From Bacillota bacterium (GTDB lineage: Bacteria; Bacillota; Limnochordia; DTU087), in assembly GCA_036786445.1 (NCBI GenBank), contig DAIQRD010000004.1:1-45224 (forward strand): a DNA stretch of 45,224 nt, in the 5' to 3' direction. Position 1 is the stretch's first letter; each line of letters begins with the position of its first letter. Position numbers and translations under genes: made by a program. The notes under the pieces were generated by a model that saw only the letters and a list, made by a program, of their open reading frames with translations, was not told where the DNA came from and did no database searches. Of the stretch, positions 26,198 to 35,567 are shown piece after piece.

Positions 26198-26788
26198 ATG
26201 AAGGCAATTGTAGGTTTGGGGAATCCAGGTGTTCATTATGCCGAGAACCGGCATAACATAGGCTTCATGGTATTGGATCGACTGGCTGCTAAATGGAAAG
26301 CCAAAGACTGGTTTAATCGCTATCAGGCCAGAACAAGTAGAGTGGAGGTGGCCGGAGGGCGTGTCATTTTGGCCAAACCACAGACCTTCATGAATAACAG
26401 CGGCACATCAGTCAAATCCATTGTAGCGGCTTATGGCATAGATCCTACCGACGTGCTCCTTGTCTATGATGATTTAGATCTGGCAGTTGGCCAGCTACGA
26501 TTGCGTCGCAAGGGGAGCGCTGGTGGCCATAAAGGAGTGCTTTCCGTCATAGCTCGGCTAGGGGTGGAAGATTGCCATCGCTTGCGTTTAGGGATCGGCA
26601 ATCCGCCTCCGGGAGTGACAGTGGTGGACTATGTACTGGGCAATTTCTCCCAAAAAGAATGGCAGATAATGCAGGATGTCATGGACATAGCTGTTTCTGC
26701 CATAGATATCTGGGTACAGGATGGAATTGAGGCGGCTATGGCTAAGTTTAATGGGACGTTTATAGGTAATAGCGGGACACATGCATAA
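26198..26788 (+). CDS. pth: peptidyl-tRNA hydrolase
   Basis: KAIVGLGNPGVHYAENRHNIGFM N-terminus, KPQTFMNNSG, GHKG. Confidence 0.93.
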   Translation: MKAIVGLGNPGVHYAENRHNIGFMVLDRLAAKWKAKDWFNRYQARTSRVEVAGGRVILAKPQTFMNNSGTSVKSIVAAYGIDPTDVLLVYDDLDLAVGQLRLRRKGSAGGHKGVLSVIARLGVEDCHRLRLGIGNPPPGVTVVDYVLGNFSQKEWQIMQDVMDIAVSAIDIWVQDGIEAAMAKFNGTFIGNSGTHA

Positions 26789-26856
26789 ACAGGCAGCGTC
26801 TGGTCTACCTTACTACTAGGTAGGGGAGTAGTTGTTCCGATGAGGAGCGGTGGCTT

Positions 26857-27264
26857 TTGGGTGACACCGGTAATATGATAAAGGCGATGGCCATATCGGG
26901 GCTAGCCGCCTTTTTAGCCTATGCCGTCAACCGCTTGATGGTGGCTAGGTGTGGGGAATGGGCCATCAAATTCCTTGTACCCATCATAGAGGAAGGACTG
27001 AAGACCGGGCTTTCCCTAGGTTTTGCAGTATCGATACCAGCCATCCATATCCTTTTTGGAATATATGAAGCAGGTTATGATCTAGCTGCCAATCCCGGGG
27101 CAAGACCCCAAGAAAAATGGCTAGCCGCTCTGGCTGCGTGCGTGGGGCATGGCGTTTTTGGTGGAGTAACCTGGCTGTTGCTGGCTCGGGGGTTAGGGGC
27201 AGTGTCCAGTATAGGCATGGTTGGTATCTTGCACGGCCTTTGGAATGCCCTGGCTTTACATTGA
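26857..27264 (+). CDS. small polytopic membrane protein with CPBP/PrsW-like motifs (putative minimal intramembrane protease)
   Basis: 135 aa with about 4 hydrophobic helices. Motifs occur in the family order: IIEEGLKTG (EExxK), CVGHGVF (xxxH), LHGLWNA (HxxxN). TTG start 8 nt after GAGGAG. Confidence 0.5.
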   Translation: MGDTGNMIKAMAISGLAAFLAYAVNRLMVARCGEWAIKFLVPIIEEGLKTGLSLGFAVSIPAIHILFGIYEAGYDLAANPGARPQEKWLAALAACVGHGVFGGVTWLLLARGLGAVSSIGMVGILHGLWNALALH

Positions 27265-27306
27265 TCCGATTTGGTGGATGGAGAAGAGAACAAACATGCG
27301 CGACAT

Positions 27307-27332
27307 GGGCTTTAGGTAAATAAAGCCCTTTT
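27307..27332 (+). terminator. intrinsic terminator-like hairpin 27 nt upstream of mfd
   Basis: 8-bp stem GGGCTTTA/TAAAGCCC, 6-nt loop, then TTTT. Confidence 0.55.
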
Positions 27333-27359
27333 CCCCATGTCTTTTGGGAGGGGACAGGT

Positions 27360-30300
27360 GTGGGTATTCAGGGACTTTTGCAGATTGTGACTGGGTCACA
27401 CGATTTTGAGCAAGTACGGACTGGACTGCGGCGGGGTATACCTGAGCAGGCGGTTGTGGGATTGGTTGGTTCTCAAAAAGCTAGCTACATTGCCGGTGTG
27501 TATCGAGAGATCCAACAGAAGCCGGGTCTATCAAAGCGACCCCTGTTTGTAATAACTTACACGACTTACCAAGCTGAACGCTTGCATTTGGATTTGGCTG
27601 ATTTTATTCCTGAGGAGAATCTTTTTCTCTTTCCTTCACAAGAGGTCTTTGCTTATGAAGAAGTTACCCGCAGCCTGGATATTTTGCGAGACCGGTTGTT
27701 GGCATACGCAGCCTTAGTAGAGAGAACCACCCCGGTACTAATTGTACCCATTCATGCCTTAGCCGAGAAACTCATTCCCCCAGAGGTTTTCCTATCTGCG
27801 AGTTTTGGCATAGATATGGATACTCGGGTGGATTTGGAGACCCTGGCATCCCGACTAGTGGCGATGGGGTATGAACGGGAGGACTTAGTGGAGGGGCCAG
27901 CTCAATTTAGTATTAGGGGTGGTATTGTTGACATCTATCCTCTCACTGAGGAGCTGCCCATCAGGCTAGAACTCTTCGATGATGAAGTTGACTCTATTAG
28001 GCACTTTGATCCCCGAACCCAGCGCTCTGTGGACAAAATCATGTCCTTTCGGGTTGTGCCCGCTACTGAGTTCCTTTTGGCCAAATCCACTCAGCTGCGA
28101 GGTTTGTCCGTACTAGAGCAGCAAATCGAATTACAGGTTAGGCGCCTGAAGCGAGTAGGGAACAACGACGGGGCCCTAGAGCTACAGGATAGATGTATGG
28201 TTCATTTGGAGAAGCTCAGGGAAGGAATCCCATTTGAGGGTGCAGAGCAATATAAGCCTTACTTTTACAATGATTTGGTATGTATACTAGATTACTTCCC
28301 CGGTGGTTATGTCGTTTTCGATGAACCAGCCCGTACAAATGAGCACCTGCGCTCATTTTCCGATGACTTCCAAAACTCTTACAAGGCTTTGCTGGAAAAA
28401 GGACGCATACTCCCCGGTGTTATGGATAACTACCATGATTGGCAAGGCATAATCAATGCCGCTAGACGACACCACATCTTCTATCTGGCTGCACTTTCCA
28501 AGCGTGCTCCAGGCATGAATCCTGCCCAGATCATCAATGTCCAAGCTCGGCCGCCGGAATCCTTTCATGGCAAGCTGGATCTTCTGCAAGTAAGTGCCGA
28601 AAGATGGAGGCAAGATGGTTTCAGTATTTTGCTGGTTGTATCTGGAGAGGAGCGGGGGCATCGCTTGGTGGAGAGCCTGAGGGAATATGATGTGCTCGCT
28701 ACCTATGTCCCGGAAGTTGATTCGCAACTACGCTCCGGCAATGTGCTGGTTAGCGTGGGTAACCTAGAAGCAGGGTTTGAGCTCCCCCAAATGAAGACGG
28801 TCGTCCTCACCGAAAACGAGATTTTTGGTAGACCCCGGCAAGCTCGCCGCATCCGCAGTGTTGAAGATGGTGTGCGAATCACCGATTTTGGGGCCCTACG
28901 GGACGGCGATTATGTAGTGCATGTGAATCATGGTATCGGGCGATACCAAGGTGTGCAGACACTGGAGGTAGCAGGTGTTCACAAAGACTACCTAGTTATT
29001 CAGTATGCTGGCGCAGACAAACTGTACGTGCCCACCGAACAGTTGCGTTTATTGCAGAAATATGTTGGCTCCGAGGATGAGGCACCCAAACTATATAAGC
29101 TCGGCGGTGGCGAGTGGGCGAGAGTCAAAAAGAGAGTCAAGGAGTCTGTACAGGAACTAGCCGAGGGGTTAATCCAATTATATGCTCAGCGTCAGACTGC
29201 GGCGGGATACGAGTTTGCTGCAGACACTGTCTGGCAGCGGGAGTTTGAGGAGGCTTTCCCTTACCAGCCCACGCCGGACCAACTAAGGGCTGTTGCAGAA
29301 GTCAAACGGGACATGGAGACACCGAAACCCATGGATCGCTTACTTTGCGGTGATGTAGGTTATGGGAAAACAGAGGTCGCCATTCGGGCGGCCTTTAAAG
29401 CCATCATGGATGGCAAACAGGTTGCGGTGCTTGTGCCGACAACTATTTTGGCTCAACAACACTATCATACATTTATGGAAAGATTTCAGGGATACCCGGC
29501 TATCATCCATGTTCTAAGTCGATTTCAGTCCTCGGCAGAGCAAGCGCTTAGTCTAGAGCAGCTGAAAACAGGTAGAGTTGACATTATCATCGGTACCCAC
29601 CGCTTGCTTTCCCAGGATGTGCAATTCAAAGATTTGGGTTTGGTAATAGTCGATGAGGAGCAGCGTTTTGGAGTTAGCCAAAAGGAACGTCTCAAGGAAC
29701 TCAGGCAGACGGTGGATGTATTGACACTGACGGCGACGCCTATACCACGCACATTACACATGTCTTTGGTAGGTGTGCGGGATATGAGCCTCATAGAGAC
29801 ACCTCCGGAAAACCGGTTTCCCATCAGGACTTATGTAGCGGAGTACAACGACGAAATGATCCGAGAAGCTATTTTCCGGGAGTTAGCTCGCCAGGGGCAA
29901 ATTTACTTCGTGTATAATCGGGTCCAGACTATTGATCGGATGGCTGCTCACATCGCCGAAATAGCACCTGAGGCAAGACTTGCGGTCGCCCATGGGCAGA
30001 TGGATGAAACCCGCTTGGAGAAAATCATGCTAGATTTCTTGCATGGTGAGTATGATATACTCCTGTGCACGACAATCATCGAAACGGGCATGGATATTGC
30101 TAATGTGAATACCCTGGTTGTGTACGATGCAGACTACATGGGTTTATCTCAGCTATATCAGTTGAGGGGGCGGGTGGGAAGGACAAATCGTGTAGCCTAT
30201 GCGTATTTCACCTATAGAAGGGATAAACTACTGTCGGAGACGGCGGAAAAGCGCCTACAGGCGATCAAGGAGTTCACTGAGTTAGGATCAGGTTTCAAGA

Positions 30301-30905
30301 TAGCCATGCGAGATCTAGAGATCCGCGGGGCTGGCAATCTCTTGGGACCGGAACAACACGGATTCATTGCCTCAGTGGGTTTTGAGCTTTATTGCCGTCT
30401 ATTGGAAGAGGCTATTAGGGAGCTAAAAGGTGAAGTGCAGCAACAACCACCCGAACCTGTGATAGATCTGGATGTTGACGCCTACCTTCCCGATACCTAT
30501 GTGAATGATGTGACCCAGAAGGTGGAGCTATACAAGAGGATTGCCGCCATCACTACCCATGATGAAGTGGGCGATTTGCTGGAGGAAATCGAGGACCGAT
30601 TCGGTGAAGCTCCGCTTCCCACGTACAATATCTTGACTATTGCTGGAATCAAGACTCTAGCCAAACAGGCAGGTGTTGGTTCAATAGCCCAGAAGGGGGA
30701 CCAAGTTATTGTCAGAATGCTATCCGGGCTGAGCATGCCTGAAAAGGTGAGCAGGGGATTGTCCCAAGCATTCCCAGGGAAAGTCAGAACCCTAGGTAGT
30801 CCGCCGTCCCAGATTCGGCTGCGCACTCATATCCGAGATAATCAAGCATTGCTTCAGAAGGTTGAGCGGATTGTCACCTTGATTCAGGCAGCTAGAGCAA
30901 CCTGA
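27360..30905 (+). CDS. mfd: transcription-repair coupling factor
   Basis: 1181 aa. UvrB-homology N-terminus, RNAP-interacting CarD/TRCF domain (GDYVVHVNHGIGRYQG), SF2 helicase motifs (GDVGYGKTEVA, DEEQRFG, TATPIPRT) and a TRG motif region. Confidence 0.95.
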   Translation: MGIQGLLQIVTGSHDFEQVRTGLRRGIPEQAVVGLVGSQKASYIAGVYREIQQKPGLSKRPLFVITYTTYQAERLHLDLADFIPEENLFLFPSQEVFAYEEVTRSLDILRDRLLAYAALVERTTPVLIVPIHALAEKLIPPEVFLSASFGIDMDTRVDLETLASRLVAMGYEREDLVEGPAQFSIRGGIVDIYPLTEELPIRLELFDDEVDSIRHFDPRTQRSVDKIMSFRVVPATEFLLAKSTQLRGLSVLEQQIELQVRRLKRVGNNDGALELQDRCMVHLEKLREGIPFEGAEQYKPYFYNDLVCILDYFPGGYVVFDEPARTNEHLRSFSDDFQNSYKALLEKGRILPGVMDNYHDWQGIINAARRHHIFYLAALSKRAPGMNPAQIINVQARPPESFHGKLDLLQVSAERWRQDGFSILLVVSGEERGHRLVESLREYDVLATYVPEVDSQLRSGNVLVSVGNLEAGFELPQMKTVVLTENEIFGRPRQARRIRSVEDGVRITDFGALRDGDYVVHVNHGIGRYQGVQTLEVAGVHKDYLVIQYAGADKLYVPTEQLRLLQKYVGSEDEAPKLYKLGGGEWARVKKRVKESVQELAEGLIQLYAQRQTAAGYEFAADTVWQREFEEAFPYQPTPDQLRAVAEVKRDMETPKPMDRLLCGDVGYGKTEVAIRAAFKAIMDGKQVAVLVPTTILAQQHYHTFMERFQGYPAIIHVLSRFQSSAEQALSLEQLKTGRVDIIIGTHRLLSQDVQFKDLGLVIVDEEQRFGVSQKERLKELRQTVDVLTLTATPIPRTLHMSLVGVRDMSLIETPPENRFPIRTYVAEYNDEMIREAIFRELARQGQIYFVYNRVQTIDRMAAHIAEIAPEARLAVAHGQMDETRLEKIMLDFLHGEYDILLCTTIIETGMDIANVNTLVVYDADYMGLSQLYQLRGRVGRTNRVAYAYFTYRRDKLLSETAEKRLQAIKEFTELGSGFKIAMRDLEIRGAGNLLGPEQHGFIASVGFELYCRLLEEAIRELKGEVQQQPPEPVIDLDVDAYLPDTYVNDVTQKVELYKRIAAITTHDEVGDLLEEIEDRFGEAPLPTYNILTIAGIKTLAKQAGVGSIAQKGDQVIVRMLSGLSMPEKVSRGLSQAFPGKVRTLGSPPSQIRLRTHIRDNQALLQKVERIVTLIQAARAT

Positions 30906-30948
30906 GGGGCCGGCTCGGGGAGCCACAGTTGATAGAGAATGGGGGCTA

Positions 30949-30979
30949 TGAATAAAACCGCTAGGGCAGCTATATACTA
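30949..30979 (+). promoter_or_regulatory. sigma-G-like promoter of spoVT
   Basis: TGAATA (30949-30954), 18-bp spacer, TATACTA (30973-30979). spoVT is sigma-G dependent in B. subtilis. Confidence 0.5.
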
Positions 30980-31022
30980 TCTATGACGACTGTGTGCGCC
31001 CATTACAAAGGAGGGGTGCTGT

Positions 31023-31571
31023 TTGAAAGCAACTGGTATAGTCCGAAGAATTGATGATTTGGGCCGAGTGGTTATCCCTAAAGAGATTCGGCGAACGCTA
31101 CGGATCCGAGAGGGGGATCCGCTGGAGATCTTTGTTGATAGAGATGGTGAAGTGATTCTCAAGAAATACTCTCCCATAGGCGAGTTGGGTGATTTCGCCC
31201 AAGAGTATGCTGACTCGCTGTTTGAGGCCACTGGTCATATTTCCATCATATGTGATCGGGATGCCGTTGTGGCAGTTGCTGGTGCTCCCAAGAAACAGTG
31301 GATTGACCGGGATATACCTAGCCATATCGAGAGCATTATGGAAAACCGCAAGTCGATGATTTTGCCTTCCCCAGATGGCAATGGGGGCTTGGAAGATATA
31401 GAGGAGGAGCTCTGGGCGTTTCCGCACCAAGTGTTGGCACCGATCATATCTGAAGGCGATCCTATTGGGGTTGTCATGATTTGCTCGGCGGATTCCGTAA
31501 ATCGGATGAACAACCTGGAACTCAAATTAGCAGAGACTGCGGCAGGCTTTTTGGCCAAACAGATGGAATAG
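31023..31571 (+). CDS. spoVT: stage V sporulation protein T (AbrB-family regulator with GAF-like C-domain)
   Basis: MKATGIVRRIDDLGRVVIPKEIRRTLRIREGDPLEIF SpoVT/AbrB swapped-hairpin N-domain. 182 aa. TTG start 9 nt after AGGAGG. Confidence 0.93.
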   Translation: MKATGIVRRIDDLGRVVIPKEIRRTLRIREGDPLEIFVDRDGEVILKKYSPIGELGDFAQEYADSLFEATGHISIICDRDAVVAVAGAPKKQWIDRDIPSHIESIMENRKSMILPSPDGNGGLEDIEEELWAFPHQVLAPIISEGDPIGVVMICSADSVNRMNNLELKLAETAAGFLAKQME

Positions 31572-31612
31572 GAGTCGAGGTATCCACAAGAGAGAAGGAC
31601 TCATGCTTAACA

Positions 31613-31645
31613 GGCCAAGCACCCGCGGCACAGGGTGGCTTGGCC
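31613..31645 (+). terminator. terminator-like GC-rich hairpin after spoVT (poor U-tract)
   Basis: GGCCAAGCACCC / GGGTG(G)CTTGGCC, a 12-bp stem with one bulge. The downstream sequence GTTCTCATTG is not U-rich. Confidence 0.35.
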
Positions 31646-31712
31646 GTTCTCATTGTAGCCGGCATAGCACCCGGCCTCCATGCATAAGCATGGGGTGATA
31701 GGGGGGCCTGCC

Positions 31713-33365
31713 GTGGGTAAGCAGTCTTTCGCCAGGGGAGCCGTCATTCTTGCTACAGCTAGTGCCATCAGTCGACTACTGGGCGTTGTCTATATCGTGG
31801 CTTTGCCTCGGATTATTCACGATGAGGGCATGGGGCTTATGCAAATGGTACGCCCCATCTACAGCTTTGCTGCTATTTTGTCTGTGGCGGGACTCCCGGT
31901 GGCCCTCTCCAAACTGGTGGCAGAACAGATGGCTCTAGGCAGCGTACAGGGGGCTGTAGGGGTCTTTCGCTGGGCTTTGGGAACTATGCTAGTCTTGGGT
32001 GTCACTCTTACCGGAGTCCTGGTATTTGGCGGCAGGTGGCTTGTGACCACCATTGTGCGGGATCCATTGGCATACCCCGTTTTGATGGCTATGACTCCTT
32101 CAGTTTTGCTTCTGGCAGTGATTGCTGCTTTGAGGGGGTTTTTCCAAGGTATGCAATACATGACCCCCTCAGCGGTTTCTCAAATTGCGGAGCAGGTTGG
32201 TCGGGTTGGGAGTATACTGATCCTGGCCATAATGCTCATGCCTTGGGGTGTACAATACGGGGCAGCTGGAGCTTCCTTGGGTAGCGTTTTTGGGTCATTA
32301 GGCGGTCTAGCGGTCTTGACTATGTACTATGTAGCCTGGCAGCGCAATCTGCGGGGAACCTTACCTAGTCAAAGGGAATCAACTTCTGGGGGCATGGGAT
32401 CAGGGTGGCAGATACTGCGAAGACTGTTTTCTTTGTCTTTACCCATAGTCCTCGGGGCTGTTCTCTGGCCTACTATGCAGATGATCGATACCGGCCTAGT
32501 GCCCCTGCGTATGCAGGCAGCTGGCTACAGTGTTGAGGCAGTGCGAGAATGCTTGGGGTATCTTGGCATGGCTCTATCACTGATGCATTTCCCCAATGTG
32601 CTGACATCGGCTTTGGCGGTGACCCTAGTCCCCGCGGTGGCTGCAGCGGAGGCTCTCAATGCCCATCGCCAGGTGCAGCGGCGAGTGACAGAAGCTTTGC
32701 GACTTACCATCTTGTTTGGGGTACCCGCCTCAACAGGACTCTTTCTCTTGGCTCGGCCAGCTTCTACTCTTCTGTTTGACTATCCACAGGCAGCTGAACC
32801 CTTGAAGATCTTGGCCCTAGGTACTTTAGCTGTGGGAGTATTCCAGGTTTGCTCCGGAGTTTTGCAGGGTTTGGGTTTGGTGCTCTTGCCGGTGCGCAGT
32901 CTGATTATCGGGGTCATTGTGAAACTTGGACTGAACTACTGGTTGACGGCTTTGCCGGGCTTAGGTATTAGAGGGGCTGCTTGGGGTACCGTTACGGGTT
33001 TTTGTGTAGCGGGAATGCTCAATCTCCGCGCCGTTGATCAGCATACTGGGGTAGACTGGGACTGGGGAGAACTGCTGCTTAAACCTGTCATTGCCAGTGC
33101 AATCATGGGCCTAGGTGTGGTTCTGGTATATGATAGCCTGTATGGTCTCATGCTGGCGCTCTTACAGAGATTCTCTTGGGGTCAGAGTCGGTATCTCTTT
33201 GCGTGTAACGGTCTGGCCACCATGGGTGCCATAGTGGCCGGGATTGGCGTGTATCTCGTCGGGCTCATGGGTACGGGCACACTCTATCAACGGGATGTGG
33301 AACTATTCCCCAAAGTGGGCACGAAGTTGGGCAGATGGTTGAACAGGCGAGGTTGGGCGAGATAG
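31713..33365 (+). CDS. MOP-superfamily polysaccharide/lipid II flippase (SpoVB/YabM-like)
   Basis: The N-terminus from GTG 31713 (GKQSFARGAVILATASAISRLLG) mirrors the SpoVB N-terminus. About 14 TM segments. The gene sits in the yabM position after spoVT. The track ORF opens at 31680. Confidence 0.85.
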   Translation: MGKQSFARGAVILATASAISRLLGVVYIVALPRIIHDEGMGLMQMVRPIYSFAAILSVAGLPVALSKLVAEQMALGSVQGAVGVFRWALGTMLVLGVTLTGVLVFGGRWLVTTIVRDPLAYPVLMAMTPSVLLLAVIAALRGFFQGMQYMTPSAVSQIAEQVGRVGSILILAIMLMPWGVQYGAAGASLGSVFGSLGGLAVLTMYYVAWQRNLRGTLPSQRESTSGGMGSGWQILRRLFSLSLPIVLGAVLWPTMQMIDTGLVPLRMQAAGYSVEAVRECLGYLGMALSLMHFPNVLTSALAVTLVPAVAAAEALNAHRQVQRRVTEALRLTILFGVPASTGLFLLARPASTLLFDYPQAAEPLKILALGTLAVGVFQVCSGVLQGLGLVLLPVRSLIIGVIVKLGLNYWLTALPGLGIRGAAWGTVTGFCVAGMLNLRAVDQHTGVDWDWGELLLKPVIASAIMGLGVVLVYDSLYGLMLALLQRFSWGQSRYLFACNGLATMGAIVAGIGVYLVGLMGTGTLYQRDVELFPKVGTKLGRWLNRRGWAR

Positions 33366-33366
33366 C

Positions 33367-34866
33367 TTATTCTTTGGCTTTGGCTGCATCCCAAAGCTGG
33401 TCCATTTCGTCTAGGTCCATGGTGGTCAGCTCGAGTCCTTGCTGGTCCGCAGTTTCCTCGATATAGTGAAACCGGCTAATGAACTTCCTGGTAGTTGCCC
33501 GCAAAGCCATCTCGGGATCTATTCCTAAGTACCTGGCCACATTGACTAAGGCAAAGAAGACATCACCCATTTCTGCTTGGATATTGGCGTGGTCCAAATG
33601 CTCTTGGGCTTCAGCAAGTTCCTGCAATTCTTCCTTGACTTTAGCTATGGCACCGGATATATCAGCCCACTCAAAGCCCACTCGAGCCGCTTTGACCTGG
33701 ATTTTTTCCGCTTGGGTCAAGGCCGGTAGGCCCATAGGTACGCCATCCAAGACGGACTTATATTCCTGGCCCAATTCCCGCCGCTCTTGTTGCTTGATTT
33801 TCTCCCAGTTGACCGTGACCTCTTGGGCATTTTTGACCTCTACATCGCCAAAAATATGCGGGTGTCGGCGGATGAGTTTCTGTGTGACTGTGGCTATGAC
33901 ATCATTGATATCGAACCACTGATTCTCTGCGGTGATGGCGGCGTGGAAAACGACCTGGAGTAGTACATCACCAAGTTCTTCCTCGACCTTGTCCCATTCC
34001 TGTTCATCGATGGCTTCCAGCACCTCATAGGTTTCTTCAACTAAATACCTTCTTAAGCTCTCATTGGTTTGAGCATAGTCCCACGGACAACCATCGGGCG
34101 CTCGTAAGCGCTGCATGACCCGTACTAGAGGATCTAGGGGGTAGGCACAGTCCGCTTGCTCAGGTATTGTGTCAACCAGAGATTGATCATCTATTTCCAC
34201 ATACACAGAAGTGAGATGATCTATCCAAGGCAGATTATCTAGTTGGTAAAGGGGGATCTTAACGATTCGCTCTTCCCCGGGCATCCCAGCCCCTCGCACC
34301 ACTGTAATGGGGTGCTCGTCTGCTAGGTGTTCCATGAGCTGTAACTTGACATCGGAAGCAACTAGCCTATTATACACTTGGGTCACAAGCATGGGCTTAC
34401 CGGGCAACACTTCCGGCAAGTCCAAGGCATCTGCTATGACAAGGCCTATAGTGGGATCGATGCTTAGGGCTGTATACACGGCATCTAGGCAGCTCATGCT
34501 GGGCACAATGCTGACAGTTTTCTGCTCTTGCCTCGCCCAATCCACCAGTTGTGTAACAGTGGTTTCAGCTACTCTCGGGTGTCCGGGTACTGCGTAGACA
34601 ATCTCCTTTCCCGCATAGAGTTCCGTTGTGAGGGTTTGGAAGATCTGCTGATATACCTCTTCAAAGGAATCGGCTGTCTCGTAATATGAGTCAAAGGCCG
34701 TGAAGTCAGTTGAGGCCAAGTCCAATTCGGCGACTAGCCATGGTACAACAGGATGTGTCATGGTGCGTAAATATAGGTGTTTGGCGTTCTGCAGAGCCGC
34801 TAAAGCTCCAGTGGAAATCTGGCTAGGTGAACCAGGACCTAGACCCACAATAGTAATCTCTGTCAT
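33367..34866 (-). CDS. mazG: YabN-type fusion: tetrapyrrole-methylase-like domain + MazG nucleoside triphosphate pyrophosphohydrolase
   Basis: N-terminal TEITIVGLGPGSPSQIS (TP_methylase-like). C-terminal tandem MazG repeats (EETYEVLEAIDE..., ELGDVLLQVVFHA, EMGDVFFALVNVA). ATG 34866 follows GGAG. The track ORF opens at 34950. Confidence 0.9.
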   Translation of the reverse strand: MTEITIVGLGPGSPSQISTGALAALQNAKHLYLRTMTHPVVPWLVAELDLASTDFTAFDSYYETADSFEEVYQQIFQTLTTELYAGKEIVYAVPGHPRVAETTVTQLVDWARQEQKTVSIVPSMSCLDAVYTALSIDPTIGLVIADALDLPEVLPGKPMLVTQVYNRLVASDVKLQLMEHLADEHPITVVRGAGMPGEERIVKIPLYQLDNLPWIDHLTSVYVEIDDQSLVDTIPEQADCAYPLDPLVRVMQRLRAPDGCPWDYAQTNESLRRYLVEETYEVLEAIDEQEWDKVEEELGDVLLQVVFHAAITAENQWFDINDVIATVTQKLIRRHPHIFGDVEVKNAQEVTVNWEKIKQQERRELGQEYKSVLDGVPMGLPALTQAEKIQVKAARVGFEWADISGAIAKVKEELQELAEAQEHLDHANIQAEMGDVFFALVNVARYLGIDPEMALRATTRKFISRFHYIEETADQQGLELTTMDLDEMDQLWDAAKAKE

Positions 34867-34974
34867 GCTGTTTGACTCCTCTAGTGGAAGGTGGGAAAGC
34901 CCCGCCTTACTCCATAGCTTTGCCTGTGCACTGAAAAAATACACAGCCAACTAGGGGCTCTCCGAAGCAAATTA

Positions 34975-35016
34975 CCGGCTTAGCAACCCCATCAAGACAC
35001 CGGGGAGCTAAGCCGG
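34975..35016 (-). terminator. intrinsic terminator after hup (minus strand)
   Basis: 10-bp stem CCGGCTTAGC/GCTAAGCCGG plus an inner CCCC/GGGG. On the minus strand it is followed by TAATTTGCTT. Confidence 0.6.
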
Positions 35017-35041
35017 TTGCTTAGGTGAATACGAGCCTTGA

Positions 35042-35317
35042 CTATTTCGCCACGGCGTCCTTAAGACTTTTCCCTGCCCTAAAAGCAGGTACTTGGGTGG
35101 CGGGGATGTCAATGGGGTCACCTGTAGAAGGATTGACGCCTTTCCGAGCCGCCCGCTGTCTAACCTCGAAAGTGCCGAAGCCCACCAATGTAACCTTTTC
35201 TCCCTCGGACAAAGCCTGGGAAATGGTTGTGAGAACAGCTTCCACTGCTTCATTGGCCGCTTTCTTGGACAGGCCGGATTTCTCCGCGACAGCCGCTATC
35301 AGTTCGCTTTTGTTCAC
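35042..35317 (-). CDS. hup: DNA-binding protein HU
   Basis: [29 protein letters not shown]...[45 protein letters not shown] 35317 follows AAGGAGG. The track ORF opens at 35377. Confidence 0.95.
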   Translation of the reverse strand: MNKSELIAAVAEKSGLSKKAANEAVEAVLTTISQALSEGEKVTLVGFGTFEVRQRAARKGVNPSTGDPIDIPATQVPAFRAGKSLKDAVAK

Positions 35318-35567
35318 GGTATAACCTCCTTGTAAATAAGCTGGGCAATCGCTGTTTGTATTCGCTGCACAGCGCACTGTTCCTGCTTTCTAAGCACAAT
35401 TTACCAATCGAAATCGCTCCATTATGGGGAAAACTATCTTTGCTGCGAGTCTCTGGCTAGATCTTGGCCCTGCCCCAAGGTGTATAGACCCCACATTAAA
35501 AGGGATGCTAGTTGGAGAGGGCAGTGTAGCTTCGTATCAAACAAAGATAGATTTTGGAGGGAGAACC

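Noticed and set aside
25654-26207. 113-aa and 156-aa minus-strand ORFs opposite rplY.
   Set aside because: They are mirror images of the GAG/GAA-rich acidic-tail coding region (Ser/Pro/Leu-rich translation). These are shadow ORFs.
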